DNA of 64,000 bases from Terriglobia bacterium (lineage in GTDB: Bacteria > Acidobacteriota > Polarisedimenticolia > Polarisedimenticolales > JAIQFR01): the NCBI GenBank assembly GCA_963748015.1, contig CAVVHE010000004.1, positions 1,600,001 through 1,664,000 on the forward strand, given 5' to 3'. The notes under the pieces are model-generated. The model had not been told where the DNA came from and made no database searches. It saw nothing but the letters and a program-made list of their open reading frames with translations. A program made the position numbers and the translations under genes. Below are positions 10,577 to 20,597 of the stretch, one piece after another (position 1 is the stretch's first letter; each line of letters starts with the position of its first letter).

Positions 10577-11003
10577 GGTACGCCTCTGCGCGGGCATGAC
10601 CGCTTCATGCGGTGGCGTCCGCCGGCAACGGGGGATGGGAACTTCAAACCGCGAGTCTTCGGCCGCTTCCGGTGTGGGGTTACCGTGCCGCCCCCGCGAG
10701 CCCGCAACCCAGCACCCTGGCCGAGTCGCCTCCCCGTGCCCGGGAACGTCCGGCCCTCGCCGAAACCTCCGGACATGCCCTGGCACGCGCTGTCAGTAGG
10801 GGAACCGCGGCAGTCGCCGCGAGGTCCCTACGTTTCCTGCCTGTCGAGAGGGTACGGTCGTCGAGGCCGAGAGGCAATACTTTTCGTGGCGAACTCGCGG
10901 CGAGCGCGCGAGGATGGACCTCGTCCGGCCCGACGCAGTCCGGATCCATCGGGCGCTCGAGCGGCAGGCCGTCACCCTGCGCCCCCTGTGGTAGGTTTCC
11001 CCA

Positions 11004-11336
11004 ATGGTCTGGTACGTCTACCTGGTGCGCTGCCGAGACGGCAGCCTGTACTGCGGGGTAGCCAGGGACGTCCTTCGCAGGATCGAGGAGCACAACCACT
11101 CGACCCGCGGCTCCCGCTACACCCGCGCCCGGCGGCCGGTCGCCCTCGCCTGGAGGAAGCGACTGGCCTCGCGCAGTGCCGCCTGTCGCGAAGAGGCGCG
11201 GATCAAGTCGCTGCCCAAGAGCTCCAAGGAGGCCCTCTGCCGCGGAACCGCGGGTAGATTCCCGCGAACACCTGATCGTGTCGATGGCCCCGGGTACCGA
11301 CGTCCGACGACGAACGAAGACGGAAGCAGCGCGTGA
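11004..11336 (+). CDS. GIY-YIG nuclease family protein (UPF0213-like)
   Basis: WYVYLVRCRDGSLYCG..RRIEEHN..GSRYTR.RRPV.L..E..IK.L. Confidence 0.9.
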   Translation: MVWYVYLVRCRDGSLYCGVARDVLRRIEEHNHSTRGSRYTRARRPVALAWRKRLASRSAACREEARIKSLPKSSKEALCRGTAGRFPRTPDRVDGPGYRRPTTNEDGSSA

Positions 11337-11517
11337 ATGTCGGGCCTCGTTCCACCCCCACGGTGACAGAACTATCGGGGTCAAACCCGGAGACTGGACT
11401 CGGAGGGGCCCGATCGGGCAGGCTGGCACCGTCAACCGAGGCAGGGTCCGGAACCGGGACCGCTTCTGACGAAAAGCAGGGGGGCCCGACCTACCGAGAA
11501 TCGATACAGGTAAGAGG

Positions 11518-13023
11518 ATGGCCTCCTCTCGGGGGGACCGCATGATGCACCGGATGTTCGTGGTCGTGCCGTTGGCGCTGGCCCTGCTGGCTGCCGATCC
11601 CGCCCCCGCTGCACCGCCGGATCGCGAGGAAGCGGAGAAGGCGCGGATCGAGAAGGTGATTCGCACCTCGATCGAGTGGGCGCTCACCAAGGACAAGGAG
11701 GCGCTCTACGACTGCTTCGCGCAGGACCCGGGCTTCTTCATCTTCCACCCCGACTCGAAGAGCACGATCGTCGGCTTCGAGGCGTTCCGTGCTCTGTGCG
11801 AGCGCGTCTTCATGAACCCGAAGTTCAAGGCGATCGACTCGCGCTTCAAGGACATGCGAATCCACGTGTCCCGCTCGGGCGACGTGGCGTGGTACTCCTG
11901 CCTGCTCGACGACCATGGCGAGTGGGACGGCAAGAGGACCGGCTGGGAGGACGCGCGCTGGACGGGCGTGCTCGAGAAGCGCGGCGGACGGTGGGTCATC
12001 ACCCAGATGCACTTCTCGCTGGCCTCCGACCAGGTGGAAGCCGAGGCGAAGGGGGGCGGGAGAATCCCCGTCCTCGGCGGGCCCTACCTCGGCCAGCCTT
12101 CGCCCGGGGCCGAGGCCAAGCTCTTCGCACCCGGAGTCGTCTGCACCGGTATGAACGAGCGCGACGTGGCCATCACGCCCGACGGTCGCGAGATCTACTT
12201 CGGCGTCATGTCCCCGCAAACCACGACGATCATGGTGACGCGTCTCGAGGATGGGCGCTGGACGGAGCCCGCCGTCGCCTCGTTCGCCGCCGACCCGCGG
12301 TTCTTTCACTTCGAGCCCTCGCTGTCGTCCGACGGGAAGCGCATCGTCTTCCTCAGCACGCGGCCGACGGCGGGAGAACAGGTGAAGCCCGGCTGGAGCA
12401 ACCAGAACATCTTCGCGGCGGAGCGCAAGACGGATGGCACCTGGGGTGAGCCCCACGATCTGGGTACGCCCGTCAATACGACGGACAACGAGTTCTTCCC
12501 GTCGCTGACGCGCGACGGCACGCTCTACTACACCAAGGGGAAGCCGCGGCCAGGCGAGCTGGCCATCGTGCGCTCGCGGCTCGTCGCCGGCCGCTACCAG
12601 CCGCCCGAAACGCTGCCCGCGGCGGTGAACGGCCATGGCATGGTCTACAACGCCTTCATCGCGCCCGACGAGTCCTACCTGATCGCCACCGTGGACGGGC
12701 GCGCGGACCTGACGCCGCCGGGCCCGCGCTACATGATCTTCTTCCGAGGCCCGGACGACTCGTGGAGCGAGGGTGTGGACCTCGGCGCGCGGGCGCCCTT
12801 GCGCAACGGCAACGCCGGCTCCCCCTATGTCTCGCCCGACGGAAAGTACTTCTTCTTCGGCTCGAGCCAGATGAGCGAGACCACCGCTACCGCGCATCAG
12901 CCGCTCACCTTCCGGGCGCTTCGCGAAGCGAACGATCAACCGAGCAACGGCAACATGGACATCTACTGGATGGACGCCTCCTTCCTCGCTGGGCTGCGGC
13001 CGGTCCGGGCGACAGAACAGTGA
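11518..13023 (+). CDS. Secreted SnoaL/NTF2-like domain fused to a PD40 (TolB-like) beta-propeller
   Basis: GDVAW..RWTGVLEKRGGRWVITQMHFS followed by GPYLGQ..PG..FAPG, TPDG, SSDGK, SPDGKY, DIYW; signal peptide. Confidence 0.8.
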   Translation: MASSRGDRMMHRMFVVVPLALALLAADPAPAAPPDREEAEKARIEKVIRTSIEWALTKDKEALYDCFAQDPGFFIFHPDSKSTIVGFEAFRALCERVFMNPKFKAIDSRFKDMRIHVSRSGDVAWYSCLLDDHGEWDGKRTGWEDARWTGVLEKRGGRWVITQMHFSLASDQVEAEAKGGGRIPVLGGPYLGQPSPGAEAKLFAPGVVCTGMNERDVAITPDGREIYFGVMSPQTTTIMVTRLEDGRWTEPAVASFAADPRFFHFEPSLSSDGKRIVFLSTRPTAGEQVKPGWSNQNIFAAERKTDGTWGEPHDLGTPVNTTDNEFFPSLTRDGTLYYTKGKPRPGELAIVRSRLVAGRYQPPETLPAAVNGHGMVYNAFIAPDESYLIATVDGRADLTPPGPRYMIFFRGPDDSWSEGVDLGARAPLRNGNAGSPYVSPDGKYFFFGSSQMSETTATAHQPLTFRALREANDQPSNGNMDIYWMDASFLAGLRPVRATEQ

Positions 13024-13087
13024 ACCGCCCCGGATTCCACGGTGACCCGGTTTCTCGAGAGGAAAGGATCACGCCTGGAACACTGAA

Positions 13088-13190
13088 TGAGACGATTTCC
13101 CACGACGGCTCTGCCGCGCCCCGCAAGTTCCGCCTGTGGGATGGTAGCGGGGGCCGCCATGAGCGGGTACAGGTCGAATTGAGGCACGGC
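13088..13190 (+). mobile_element. att-like remnant 1: recombinase C-terminal tail overlapping the reverse complement of a tRNA 3' end
   Basis: About 60 nt clearly homologous to 21911-21976, ending in GGGATGGTAGCGGGGGCC. Confidence 0.6.
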
Positions 13191-13450
13191 GGCGGTCTCG
13201 TCGCATCCCGTCGGCGTAGGAGATTCGCCTTGACAACCCACAACGTGCGGCGTACCCATTGCGCGAGAAGGGGGAGGCCCCCGACTCGGCAGCGCGCCGA
13301 AACGCGCGACCGTGATCGCCGCCGACGCGGTTCGTCGCGCTGAGCAGCAGGGCGCGACACCTGGGCGAGCGACGCTCGACTCGGTCACGGCGGAAGCACA
13401 CATCGCGCGTCCCGCTCCGGCGCCCGGCTCGAGGGCTGACCATCGGCCTC

Positions 13451-16400
13451 GTGTCGCGGGCCGAGGCGGGGTACTTATGCGAAGAATGCGCGACCGTTTC
13501 GATCCTCGTCATTTTCATCCTGTCGCTCTGGATCCCGTCGCCCTGCCGGGCCGCCGCGCCGGGGCGCCCCGAGGGGGCGGCTTCGTTGCCGTCCCCGGCG
13601 ACCCACGGCTGGTGGGAGCAGGTGCGGCACTCGATCCAGCTGGAGGAATACGGCGCCGTCGTCTCCGACGACGCAGCGTCGGAGTACCGGGCCGCGAACC
13701 CGGCGCAGGGCTTCGACACCCGGTTCCACGCGCGCGGCCTGACCGTGAAGGGCCGGGACGCGGCCGGCTGGCAGTGGGGCCTCTCGCTGAGCGCATGGGG
13801 GCGCCCGACGCTCCGAGAGCCGTCGACCGGGGTCGTGTCTCCGCGCGCGAGAATCGGGTCGATCTGGACCGGGGCGTGCTGAGGGAGTGGTTCGTCAACC
13901 GGCCCGACGGGCTCGAGCACGGCTTCACGGTGCCGGAGCCGCCGGACGGCGATCGCGGACTGCTGGTGCTGGAACTGGCGCTCATCGGCGACCTGCGGCC
14001 GGCGTTCGCCGAGGACGGGCAGGCGGTGGACTTCTACGGCGGCGGCAGCGTCGGTGTGCTCCGGTACGGAAAGCTCGAGGTCAAGGACGCCACCGGCACG
14101 GCGTTGCCCGCACGGATGGAGCCGGGTGTCGGGGGGCTGCGGATCGTGGTGGAGGACGAGACCGCGGTCTATCCGGTCACCGTGGATCCGCTCGCCACCA
14201 CGGCGGCCTGGACCGCCACCGGCGAGGCGGAGAACGACGGATTCGGCTGTTCCGTGGCGACGGCGGGTGACGTCGACGGCGACGGCTACGCCGATGTCGT
14301 CGTCGGCGCCAGCGGCAACGACAGCTACCGCGGCAAGGCCTACCTTTACCTCGGTGGGCCCGCGGGCCTCGCCACCACGGCGGCCTGGACGGGTTCCGGT
14401 GAAGCGGCCGGCGACTACTTCGGCTCTTCCGTGGCGACGGCGGGCGACGTCAACGGCGACGGCTACGCCGATGTCGTGATCGGCGCCTACAACAACAACG
14501 GCGCCACGGGCAAGGCGTACCTCTTCCTCGGCGGGCCCGCGGGTCTGGCGACCGCGGCGGCCTGGACCGCCGCCGGTGAGGCGACGTACGACCAATTCGG
14601 CTCTTCCGTGGCGGCGGCGGGCGACGTCAACGGCGACGGCTACGCCGATGTCATCGTGGGCGCGTCCGGCAAGGCGTACCTCTACCTCGGCGGATCCGCC
14701 GGCCTGGCCACCACCGCGGCCTGGACCGCCGCCGGCGAGGTTGCCGGGGACGCCTTCGGCTCCGCCGTGGCGACGGCGGGCGACGTCAACGGCGACGGCT
14801 ACGCCGATGTCGTCGTCGGCGCGTACGCCGACAACAACGGCACGGGCAAGGCGTACCTCTACCTCGGCGGGCCCGCAGGCCTCGCCGCGACGGCGGCGTG
14901 GACCGCCACCGGGGAAGCGGGCTACACCTACTTCGGCTCCGCCGTGGCGACCGCGGGTGACGTCAACGGCGACGGCTACGCCGACGTCGTCGTAGGCGCA
15001 TGGGGCAACAACGGCGGTGTCGGCAAGGCGTACCTCTACCTCGGCGGGTCTTCCGGCCTGACCTCCACCGCGGCGTGGACCGCCTCCGGGGAAGCGTCCA
15101 ACAACTGGTTCGGCTATTCCTTGGCGACGGCGGGCGACGTCAACGGCGACGGCTACGCCGATGTTCTCATCGGGGCGCGAGGTTACGGCGGTTTTTCCGG
15201 CAAGGCGTACCTCTACCTCGGCGGGCCCGCCGGCCTGACCTCCACGGCGGCCTGGACCGTTTCCGGCGAGGGGGGAGGCAACACCTTCGGCTATTCCGTG
15301 GCGACGGCGGGCGACGTCAACGGCGACGGGTACGCCGATGTCGTCGCGGGTGCGGACACCAACAGCAGTAGCCGGGGCAAGGCCTGCCTCTACCTCGGCG
15401 GGCCCGGAGGCCTGACCGCCACGCCCGCGTGGACATCTGCCGGTGTAGCGGCAAGCGACTTCTTCGGCTATTCCGTGGCAACGGCGGGTGACGTCAATGG
15501 CGACGGCTACGCCGATGTCGTCGTCGGCGCCTACGGCAACAACAGTAACCGCGGCAAGGCGTACCTCTACCTCGGCGGACCCACGGGACTCGCCACCACG
15601 GCGGCCTGGACCGCCACCGGCGAGGCGACGAACGACGGATTCGGCCGTTCCGTGGCGACGGCGGGTGACGTCAACGGCGACGGCTACGCCGATGTCGTCG
15701 TCGGCGCCGACAGCAACAACAGTAACCGCGGCAAGGCGTACCTCTACCTCGGTGGACCCGCCGGCCTGGCCACCACGGCGGCCTGGACCGCCACCGGCGA
15801 GGCTTACGGCTACTTCGGCCACTCCCTGGCGACCGCGGGCGACGTCAACGGCGACGGCTACGCCGATGTCGTGGTTGGCGCGCACTACATCAACAACTAC
15901 CGCGGCAAGGCGTACCTCTACCTCGGCGGACTCGCCGGCCTCGGGACCACCGCGGCCTGGACCGCCACCGGGGAGGCGGATAGCGACTCGTTCGGCTATT
16001 CCGTGGCGACGGCGGGCGACGTCAACGGCGACGGCTACGCCGATGTTCTCATCGGGGCGCGAGGTTACAGCAGTTCTTCCGGCAAGGCGTACCTCTACCT
16101 CGGCGGGCCCGCCGGCCTCGCCACCGCAGCGACTTGGACCGCCACCGGGGGGGCCAACTACGACTACTTCGGCTATTCCGTGGCGACCGCGGGTGACGTC
16201 AACGGCGACGGCTACGCCGACGTCGTCATCGGCGCACCTTACAACAACAGTTCTACCGGCAGGGCGTACGTCTACCTTGGCGGATCCGCTGGCCTGGCCG
16301 CCACCGCTGCCTGGACCGCTACCGGCCAGGCGGCGCAAGGACGATTCGGCAGCTGCGTGGCGACGACGGGTGACGTCAACGGCGATGGCTACGCCGATGT

Positions 16401-17321
16401 CATCGTGTATGGAAACGCCACGGACAATTCCGACAGCAAGGCGTACGTCTTCATCGGTGGAGCCGGCGGCCTCGGCACGAGCGCGGCCTGGGTCGCCGTG
16501 TATCGAGGGGGGATGGCGCTTCCGCCGCGACGGCGGGTGACGTCAACGGCGACGGCTACGCCGACGTCATCGTCGGCGCGCCCTGGGGCGCCAGTTCGTA
16601 CGGAGAAGCGTACCTCTACCTCGGCGGCGGCGGCGCCGGTGTCCCTCTGAAACCGCGCCAGCTCCGCGCGGACTTGTCGGCTCCGATTGCTCCCGGGGGG
16701 CTGGCGTATGAGCTGGCATTCCGCCTGGGGCTGACCGTCAGGAGCCCTGCGGGCGTCGTGAGCGGCAAGCTGCAATGGCAGCTGCGACCGTGGGGCGGGC
16801 CCTTCACCCCGGCGCTATCTCCGATCCAGTCGGACACGTCCTGGTATCCGTTCGCCACCGACGTCACGAAGCTCCTCGCCCTTCCCGAGGACAACCGGCG
16901 CTACATCTGGCGCGCGCGCGTCCGGTACAACCCGGGCCAGTCGCCGTTCGTGGGCTGGAGCCGCTGGGTGACGCTGGGCGGCAACGGATTGTACGAGGCC
17001 GACCTGCTCAGCACCTCGCGGCACGCGTGCGTGCTGCCGGACCAAGCGGTCCACATCGTCGGCGCCCGGCGCGATGCGAGCAACCGGGTGATCCTCGACG
17101 TCGAGGACCCGAATCAGGCGAACCAGGTCACGGGGTACGACGTGTACCGATCCTCGAGCGCCGACGCTCCCTGGCCCTGGCCGCTCGTCGCCACGAACGT
17201 CAGCGACATGGACGCGGGGACGCCGAACGTCCAGTGGGTGGACGCGTCGGGAGATGCCGGCACCTGGTACTACCAGGTGAGCGCGTACAACGCCTACTGC
17301 AGCGCGGAGGGGCCAAGGTAG
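13451..17321 (+). CDS. Secreted FG-GAP (integrin-alpha beta-propeller) repeat protein with 14 repeats; frameshifts near 13840 and 16510
   Basis: ORFs 13451..13882 (signal peptide), 13312..16650 and 16674..17321 join into one protein. FG.SVATAGDVNGDGYADV.VGA..GKAYLYLG repeats about every 177 nt. Confidence 0.8.
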
Positions 17322-17354
17322 CGGGCGCCGGACGAGACACGGCGGGCGGCCGGG

Positions 17355-17425
17355 CCACGCTTCCCTCTGCCGGAGCGTAGGAGTTCGTCTTTGGAGTTGG
17401 TAGCGGGGGCCCGCTACGAACGGGG
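17355..17425 (+). mobile_element. att-like remnant 2 (reads RFPLPERRSSSLELVAGARYER)
   Basis: TTGGTAGCGGGGGCCCG core shared with 13141 and 21962. Confidence 0.55.
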
Positions 17426-17578
17426 ACCGACAGAAACAAGGCCTGTGGCTCGGTTCGCGACGAAGCCTCGACCTACGAGGCTCTTGGCCCAGTCCCCCCT
17501 GGGCCCCTTGGGGGCCACCGTTCTCGTCCCTGTCCGGGGGCCCAAGGGTGTCCACCCGAAACGGGGGTCAGACCAGTC

Positions 17579-17722
17579 ACGGCCAGCAACTCCCGCGACC
17601 ACACGATCTTCTCGATGGCTCTCGGCACGGGCCTGCGGCTGGGGGAGCTGGTCGGCCTGAACGTCGGCGACGTCTGCTCGTTCGAGCGAACGCCCTGAGT
17701 CCGTGATCGCATCTGCCCCGAG
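17579..17722 (+). pseudogene. Tyrosine recombinase fragment A
   Basis: Reads RDHTIFSMALGTGLRLGELVGLNVGDV (box I with catalytic Arg), then an in-frame TGA at 17696. Confidence 0.85.
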
Positions 17723-17770
17723 CCTGCGATAGGCGGTAGCGGGGACTGTCCAGAGATGCTCTGGCAGGAC

Positions 17771-18703
17771 TCATTTCTCAGGATCCGAGACCTTGACGCG
17801 CGTCATCGTGCTTTCATTTGACAAACGCACGAGTCCCGTGAGTTTCATGACCCATCGCTTCGAAGGCTGACCGTCCCCTGGCGCGCGCTCGCCAGCGGCT
17901 TCGAGTTCCTCGCGAGGGATCTCCACTTCGCCCGTGCTGGTGCCGGACACATCTTCCGTTCGTCGGGCGAATTGGCTGGGTACGATGCCGGAAACGAGCG
18001 TTCCACGCGAGCGATAGGTCGCCGAAACCGACATCTGCTTGGTAGCCTCCGTCCGACCTTTTCCCGTCGTCGCCCACTCGGCCACAGTGTCGAAAGTGGC
18101 TTCGTCCCCCGTGATTTCTCGGAGCGTAAGCTTCTCTGTGCCCTGGACCTCCGTTACCCCAACGGTCCCCGAGCCTGGGAGCGAGAACTTGCGCGGAATT
18201 TCGAACGAGTCGCCTACCCTCAGCTCCTGCTTCGGCGGCGGAACCATAAGGTCAAGCGCACCCTGAACGACTGCTGAGGGCCCGCTGTCCTGACCATCGA
18301 CTTCCCAGCGGCCATCATGGTCGATTCGGCCGTGGAACACGATTCCCATCAAGGCGCCCCTCAGGTCGGGCGTGGGCATGAGTTGCTCGCTCACCGAAGT
18401 GGTGACGCTCGCATCCTCCGTTCTCACTTCGAAAGGCAGACTTCCATCCGCTGCCAGAACGCCAGTGCGAAGCACGAACTTGTAGCGCATCTCTATTCGG
18501 ACATCCTTGCCCGCGAGTTGGGGTGGCGCCATTTTGGGTGGCAATCCGTCGGCTTCGAGCCGAATCGAGGCGGACGTCGCGCACGCCAACTCGAATGTGG
18601 CGTTCGGTTCCGGTTGCGGATCGAAGCGTATGGTGCGTTCCTGCGCCCGAGCAAGTGCCCCTGCCGAAACAACTAGTGCGACAATTACCGCTAATTTTCG
18701 CAT
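17771..18703 (-). CDS. Secreted hypothetical protein (cargo, atypical codon usage)
   Basis: 310-aa ORF with signal peptide MRKLAVIVALVVSAGALARA; visibly lower GC than its neighbours. Confidence 0.75.
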   Translation of the reverse strand: MRKLAVIVALVVSAGALARAQERTIRFDPQPEPNATFELACATSASIRLEADGLPPKMAPPQLAGKDVRIEMRYKFVLRTGVLAADGSLPFEVRTEDASVTTSVSEQLMPTPDLRGALMGIVFHGRIDHDGRWEVDGQDSGPSAVVQGALDLMVPPPKQELRVGDSFEIPRKFSLPGSGTVGVTEVQGTEKLTLREITGDEATFDTVAEWATTGKGRTEATKQMSVSATYRSRGTLVSGIVPSQFARRTEDVSGTSTGEVEIPREELEAAGERAPGDGQPSKRWVMKLTGLVRLSNESTMTRVKVSDPEK

Positions 18704-18840
18704 GGGGCCCCCGAGTGCGTGTTCCTTGGATACAACGCAGTCATTCAGGAGTCAAGTGAAAAGGCGCATTCTCGCCGCCGACGGCAGTTGCCGAGACGAG
18801 TCCCCCGGCATGCCTCGACTACGCGACTCGCTCTTCCTCG

Positions 18841-19045
18841 TTGACTTCCTCCCCCACCGCTGGCCCTGTCTCGTCGGGAGGTCGCCATGTCCCACATCGC
18901 CCCGCCTACCCTGACCGCCGCCGAGCAAAAGGCGATCCTGCGGGCCACGGCCGCCAACCAGCGCGACCACACCATCTTCTCGATGGCCCTCGGCACCGGG
19001 CGAGGCCTGGGCGAGATGGTTGGCCCAACCGGTAGCCCTCGCTGA
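18841..19045 (+). pseudogene. Tyrosine recombinase 5' fragment B with its leader and RBS
   Basis: TTGACTTCCTCCCCCACCGCTGGCCCTGTC..GGAGG..ATG at 18887; MSHIAPPTLTAAEQKAILRATAANQRDHTIFSMALGTG then a stop at 19045. Confidence 0.85.
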
Positions 19046-19144
19046 CCTAATGGACCGGGGTTGGGGCTAGACGCGATCGGCGTCGACGCGGATCTCAGGT
19101 CGCCCGGAGAACCGGAACTCGTCTCCCGATCGGTACATCCGCCT

Positions 19145-20236
19145 CTAGCGCGATTTCTTCGGGATCTTCGCAAGGGCCGCTATGGCGTTCGCGTTCCCTT
19201 GCGCGGCGGCTTTTTGGTACCAGGCCACGGCTTGAGCGTCGTCCTGCAGCACACCGCGCCCTTCCGCGTACATGGCTCCGAGGCGGTACTGCGCGTCCGC
19301 CTGTCCCTGCTCCGCGAGCTGGCGGTACCAGGTTGCGGCCAGTCTGTCGTCCTTCGGCATCCCGCGACCCGCTTCGCACATCAGGGCGAGGCTGAACTGC
19401 GCGGCCTCGTGTCCCTGCTCGGCGGCCTTGCGATACCAGGCCGCGGCCTGGGCTTCGTCCTTCGGCACGCCTAGGCCTCCCTCGTACATCAGGGCCAGAT
19501 CGAACTGGGCGTGCGCGAACCCCCGCTCGGCCGCCTTGTGGTACCAGGCCATAGCCTGCGCGTCGTCTCTCACCACGCCGCGGCCGTTGGCATACATCCA
19601 ACCGAGGTTGGTTTGCGCCTCGGCATCGCCTTGCTCTGCTGCCCTGCGGTACCAGGCCACGGCCTGGACGTAATCCTGAGGCGCCCCGCGACCTTGTTCG
19701 TACATCAGAGCCAGATCGTGCTGTGCTTTCACGTTGCCCTGGTTGGCTGCCTTTCGGAACCACGCCATCGCTTGCGCGTCGTCCCGGGTCACGAAGCGAC
19801 CTTTGAGGTAGTACCAGCCAAGACCGTACTGCGCAAGCGCCAGGCCCTGGTCGGCTGCCTTCCGACACCAAGCCACCGCTTGAGCGCCGTCCTTCGGCAC
19901 ACCGACACCCTCCTGATACATGATGGCGAGACCGACCTGCGCCTCCGCGACGCCCTGCTCGGCAGCCTTGCGGGTCCAGTTCGCAGCCTGGGCTGCGTCC
20001 TTCGGCACACCGGCACCATCCGCGTACATCATTCCGAGAAGCAACTGCGCAGGGGCGTTCCCGCTCTCCGCAAGCGGCCTCAATAGGTGGATGGCGGTCG
20101 CGTTCTCGCCGCTCTGGTACGCTTTCACTGCCCTCTTCAGGGTTTCGGCAACCGCCGCATCTGCTTCGCCAGCGGAACTGGATGGCATCGCCGGCTCGCC
20201 GGCGAGCAACAGGGCGCAGAGGATGATTCCGAGCAT
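19145..20236 (-). CDS. Sel1-like repeat (TPR) protein, secreted
   Basis: About 8 repeats of AQ..LG.MY..G.GV.KD...A..WYRKAAEQG; signal peptide MLGIILCALLLA. Confidence 0.92.
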   Translation of the reverse strand: MLGIILCALLLAGEPAMPSSSAGEADAAVAETLKRAVKAYQSGENATAIHLLRPLAESGNAPAQLLLGMMYADGAGVPKDAAQAANWTRKAAEQGVAEAQVGLAIMYQEGVGVPKDGAQAVAWCRKAADQGLALAQYGLGWYYLKGRFVTRDDAQAMAWFRKAANQGNVKAQHDLALMYEQGRGAPQDYVQAVAWYRRAAEQGDAEAQTNLGWMYANGRGVVRDDAQAMAWYHKAAERGFAHAQFDLALMYEGGLGVPKDEAQAAAWYRKAAEQGHEAAQFSLALMCEAGRGMPKDDRLAATWYRQLAEQGQADAQYRLGAMYAEGRGVLQDDAQAVAWYQKAAAQGNANAIAALAKIPKKSR

Positions 20237-20479
20237 TGAGCTTCCCCCATGCCGCTCGTTACGCCGGAGCCCTTTCTCCACGGGGCGCCCCCGGGCTGCG
20301 ACCCCGTCGTAGTGCTACCTGAGAAGATACCGGACCAGGCTTCCCGGCCGCGGGTATTTTTGACGGCCGATGTTTCGTTCTGGACGCCGACGAGACTGTC
20401 CCAGCAAAGGCGGAACGTCGGCGCACGGCGCTCGCTTGCCTCTTCGCGCGTGATTCCTCCCCTAACTGCCATTGGCCCT

Positions 20480-20564
20480 TTGACTTCCTCCCCCACCGCT
20501 GGCCCTGTCCTGGCCGGAGGTCCAGATGCAGAGCCTCGTCCCGGCCACCCTGACCGCCGCCGAA
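20480..20564 (+). pseudogene. Tyrosine recombinase 5' stub C with the same leader
   Basis: 30 nt identical to 18841-18870, then GGAGG and ATG at 20526; MQSLVPATLTAAE matches MSHIAPPTLTAAE. Confidence 0.75.
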
Positions 20565-20597
20565 TGGTCGCACGCCATGAGGGGACGGACCGTCAAC

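Noticed and set aside
14200..16620. Regular ~177-nt repeats as a CRISPR array or a complete DGR
   Set aside because: The repeats are in-frame FG-GAP coding units. There are no cas genes, no reverse transcriptase and no template repeat in the window.
17696..17698. In-frame TGA in the recombinase fragment as selenocysteine
   Set aside because: It is not at a redox Cys position, and the fragment lacks both start and C-terminus, so it is a pseudogene stop.
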